A stretch of DNA of 64,000 nucleotides from Tubiluchus corallicola (Eukaryota > Animalia > Priapulida), in NCBI GenBank assembly GCA_030141605.1, contig JAQGDQ010000603.1, positions 67,281 through 131,280 of the forward strand, in the 5' to 3' direction. The first letter of the stretch is position 1. Each line of letters starts with the position of its first letter. Position numbers and translations under genes: made by a program. The notes under the pieces were generated by a model, which worked only from the letters and a program-made list of their open reading frames with translations, had not been told where the DNA came from and ran no database searches. Below are positions 59,792 through 64,000 of the stretch, in pieces.

Positions 59792-61803
59792 CTGTTTGGT
59801 TGCATTGTGATTGAGTTACAATGTTACACCTCTGAACTGTTTGGTTGCACTGTGATTAGGTTACAATGTTACACCTCTGAACTGTTTGGTTGCATTGTGA
59901 TTGAGTTACAATGTTATACCTCTGAACTGTTTGGTTGCACTGTGATTAGGTTACAATGTTATACCTCTGAACTGTTTGAATGCACTGTGATTGAGTTACA
60001 ATGTTATACCTCTGAACTGTTTGGTTGCACTGTGATTAGGTTACAATGTTATACCTCTGAACTGTTTGAATGCACTGTTATTACTTTACAATGTTATACC
60101 TCTGAACTGTTTGGTTGCACTGTGATTAGGTTACAATGTTAAACCTCTGAACTGTTTGCTTGCACTGTTATTAAGTTACAATGTTATACCTCTGAACTGT
60201 TTGGTTGCACTGTTATTACTTTACAATGTTATACCTCTGAACTGTTTGCTTGCACTGTTATTAAGTTACAATGTTATACCTCTGAACTGTTTGGTTGCAC
60301 TGTTGTTACTTTACAATGTTATACCTCTGAACTGTTTGGTTGCACTGTGATTACTTTACAATGTTATACCTCTGAACTGTTTGGTTGCACTGTGATTAGG
60401 TTACAATGTTATACCTCTGAACTGTTTGGTTGCACTGTTATTACTTTACAATGTTATACCTCTGAACTGTTTGCTTGCACTGTTATTAAGTTACAATGTT
60501 ATACCTCTGAACTGTTTGAATGCACTGTGATTGAGTTACAATGTTATACCTCTGAACTGTTTGGTTGCACTGTGATTAGGTTACAATGTTATACCTCTGA
60601 ACTGTTTGAATGCACTGTTATTACTTTACAATGTTATACCTCTGAACTGTTTGGTTGCACTGTGATTAGGTTACAATGTTAAACCTCTGAACTGTTTGCT
60701 TGCACTGTTATTAAGTTACAATGTTATACCTCTGAACTGTTTGGTTGCACTGTTATTACTTTACAATGTTATACCTCTGAACTGTTTGCTTGCACTGTTA
60801 TTAAGTTACAATGTTATACCTCTGAACTGTTTGGTTGCACTGTTGTTACTTTACAATGTTATACCTCTGAACTGTTTGGTTGCACTGTGATTACTTTACA
60901 ATGTTATACCTCTGAACTGTTTGGTTGCACTGTGATTAGGTTACAATGTTATACCTCTGAACTGTTTGGTTGCACTGTTATTACTTTACAATGTTATACC
61001 TCTGAACTGTTTGGTTGCACTGTGATTAGGTTACAATGTTAAACCTCTGAACTGTTTGCTTGCACTGTTATTACTTTACAATGTTAAACCTCTGAACTGT
61101 TTGCTTGCACTGTTATTAAGTTACAATGTTTTACCTCTGAACTGTTTGCTTGCACTGTTATTACTTTACAATGTTATACCTCTGAACTGTTTGGTTGCAC
61201 TGTGATTAGGTTACAATGTTATACCTCTGAACTGTTTAAATGCACTGTGATTAAGTTACAATATTACACCTCTGAACTGTTTGGTTGCACTGTGATTAGG
61301 TTACAATGTTATACCTCTGAACTGTTTGCTTGCAGTGTTATTACTTTACAATGTTATACCTCTGAACTGTTTGGTTGCACTGTGATTAGGTTACAATGTT
61401 ATACCTCTGAACTGTTTGAATGCACTGTGATTGAGTTACAATGTTATACCTCTGAACTGTTTGGTTGCACTGTGATTAGGTTACAATGTTATACCTCTGA
61501 ACTGTTTGAATGCACTGTTATTACTTTACAATGTTATACCTCTGAACTGTTTGAATGCACTGTGATTAGGTTACAATGTTATACCTCTGAACTGTTTGAA
61601 TGCACTGTTATTACTTTACAATGTTATACCTCTGAACTGTTTAAATGCACTGTGATTAAGTTACAATATTACACCTCTGAACTGTTTGGTTGCACTGTGA
61701 TTAGGTTACAATGTTATACCTCTGAACTGTTTGAATGCACTGTGATTGAGTTACAATGTTATACCTCTGAACTGTTTGGTTGCACTGTGATTAGGTTACA
61801 ATG
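59792..61803. repeat. 45-bp tandem repeat, about 44 units
   Basis: Unit tgcactgtgattaggttacaatgttatacctctgaactgtttggt. Confidence 0.97.
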
Positions 61804-62289
61804 AATGAAGTGATTACCACAAAATCATGTCAGATAGTTAAAAATGTCTCACACAGATAAAAACACAGGCTTTCAATGAACGAAGTGATTACAACAAAAT
61901 CATGTCAGATAGTTAAAAATGTCTCACACAGATAAAAACGCAGGCTTACAATGAACAAAGTGATTACAACAAAATCACGTCAGATAGTTAAAATATAGAA
62001 AGTCTGACAAATATAACATTCAACTAAAATGAAGAACTAAATTTATAAGACTTTGTTGTAGACTAAGATTAGAAATTGTAAGATTAAATGATATGAACAG
62101 ATTGCTAAATTTTGAATCAATGTTGATTTAGATAAAAATTAATTCAAGTGCCATATAGTTTCATTATTTCCTACTGCATTTATACTATCGATGACATTGT
62201 TAGAATTAAAAATATCACATAAGGAAGTAAAGTTAAGATTAGTGCACTGGTTTCTGATAGCATTAGACATAGAACAAATACATAACATA
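61796..62289 (-). repeat. Inverted near-identical copy of 46858-47352
   Basis: The unique flank and the first three 75-bp units match, including unit-specific variants. Confidence 0.88.
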
Positions 62290-62504
62290 ATAACAATGAC
62301 AACAGCAATTATCTTTATTTAAGGTCAACAACGACAACAGCAACGGCGACGACGACAAAAACAACAACAACAGTAATAACAATAACAATCATCTTTATTT
62401 AAGGTCGGCTTCAAATTTAACAGACAACACAAGCCTGCAGTTTTATCACCGACTGTGAATAACAAACAACAACTACATAACAGAAATCATTATTACCCCA
62501 CTTT

Positions 62505-62642
62505 TACCACAAATACCACGCGCCAGATAGGGCAACATCAGGTACCATTTTTAAAGTCTTTGGTATGACCCGGGGCAGTTTTGAATCAACGATCTCCAAG
62601 ACGGAAAGCGGACGTGTTACCACTAGACTAAACCGTCTGGTC
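62505..62642 (-). mobile_element. tRNA-derived SINE, probably with a Meta-type central domain
   Basis: Minus strand: A box tagtctagtgg and B box-like gattcaaaac, followed by gggtcataccaaagactttaaaaatggtacc, which I recall as the MetaSINE core. Confidence 0.65.
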
Positions 62643-63235
62643 ATGATAACGATGGTGATACTAGTAACGACGATAATAATGACAACGACTGTAGTGACGA
62701 CGACGACGACGATGTAGATGATGATGATGATGATGACGACGATGATGACATGATGACGTTGATGCTGATAGAACGCTAAAAAATCGGAGTTTTCTTAAGA
62801 AAAAATGCATCTTGATTTTCGGTAAACGTTAATACTGGTTTTCACCAGTTAAAAAATCGACGTACCCACAAATTGTCAAGTTAAAGATATAATTTTGAGA
62901 TCCAGGGAATTTCAGATTAAAAGCAGAATTCTACAGTCCCAATTGTCTCCGAAATCTGCAGTTTGGGGTTAATTCAGCAAGCTGAATATTTGAATAGGCA
63001 ATAATACAGAATTATAACTGTCGGCGCTATGCCACTGAATTAAATATGAAACTATTACAGCAAAACCATTACCTAAATCGTCTGCCTATGTAAACAACAT
63101 TGGTTTACTGTGTCTTCTGAGAGTAGAAAGTATAATTCTAGGCCTGCTCATTGAGCCCACGTAAAACATAATGGATAGTTCAACATTTTTGTCAAGAATT
63201 TGGAAATTTAGGTATTGTTGTGACGACAGGAATGT

Positions 63236-63439
63236 TGGGTTCCATTTTTATTGTCGTGTTACTTATAGGGTTAATTTTTTTTTATTTTGAACTTTGAACA
63301 TACATTCAAATCAGTAAAACGTAATGCGCCTGCGCACTTGGGTTCCATATTTATTGTCGTGTTACTTATAGAGTTAATTTTTTTTAATTTTAAACTTTGA
63401 ACACACATTCAAATCAGTAAAACGTAATGCGCCTGCGCA
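63236..63439. repeat. About 102-bp tandem duplication
   Basis: ttgggttccat...aatgcgcctgcgca occurs twice. Confidence 0.85.
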
Positions 63440-64000
63440 GTATAAAATAGTTTGCTGCTGACAGTAGCACATTTTACTATATTAGGATAGGCAACGTCTG
63501 CGTTGTTAGTCCCGTAGGCATGCATTTTCGAGCATTGGGACCCTTTAATATCATTCATGCAAAATTTCATAAAATTTCATGCAGTAATTTGGGTGCAGCA
63601 TAGTGAGGCTTATATTGACCCAACGTACGTCTACTAGTAGTTCCTGGTACCACATATGCAGAATTTGATTAAACTCCATGCAGTTGTTTGGCGATGCATA
63701 AAGAGCAAACAGACAAACTCGACTTGCTTAAAAGTATTTTTGTCTTAAAAGTAGGCTTGCACCCACGTTGGGTGCAAGATGGAGGTGCTTTTATTGTATG
63801 TATGTCTTGTATGTATTTTCGACGCTAATAAATAAATAAAATATATTGACCCCCGTATGTTTGCTAGTGGCCCTGCTACCATTCATGCAAATTTCAGTAA
63901 AATTCATGCAGTTGTTTGTCTGTGCATTAAGACCAAACAAACTTGATTTGCCTAATAGTATTTTAGCAGCCATAATAGATGGTGTGGTGGTGCTTATTTT

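Noticed and set aside
59807-61804. Cys-rich repeat ORFs (CTVIRLQCYTSELFG)n
   Set aside because: These are translations of a 45-bp satellite, with stops in some units and no splice or start context.

Overview
AT-rich, intron-containing animal (invertebrate-like) genomic DNA; the taxon cannot be fixed from the sequence. The main content is a tandem array of four same-strand, 7-exon genes for zinc-dependent homocysteine S-methyltransferases (BHMT family). Exons 2-7 are 191/198/106/179/79/287 bp in all four copies, and the Zn ligands (GLNC, CCG) are intact. Copy 1 spans 1316-9566 (exon 1 lies just upstream of the window), copy 2 27008-33509, copy 3 36217-42142, and the more divergent copy 4 45609-54337. 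The copies are mosaics: a dead exon 3 replaced by a second one, swapped intron blocks, probable conversion tracts and an intron-only relic. Between copies 1 and 2, four phase-1 minus-strand exons splice into a 166-aa secreted protein that the ORF track does not show as a unit: signal peptide, EGF domain, CxxC-(GPP)3 and a Gly/Tyr repeat tail with G-RR/KR sites. Its stop codon lies in sequence homologous to BHMT intron 5. The first exon of a claudin/PMP22-family gene starts at 57960. The rest is mobile and repetitive DNA: a young, internally deleted BEL/Pao LTR element with TSDs, two solo LTRs, LINE fragments, MITEs, a tRNA-derived SINE, and many mini- and microsatellites. All alignments were made by eye and no database searches were run.
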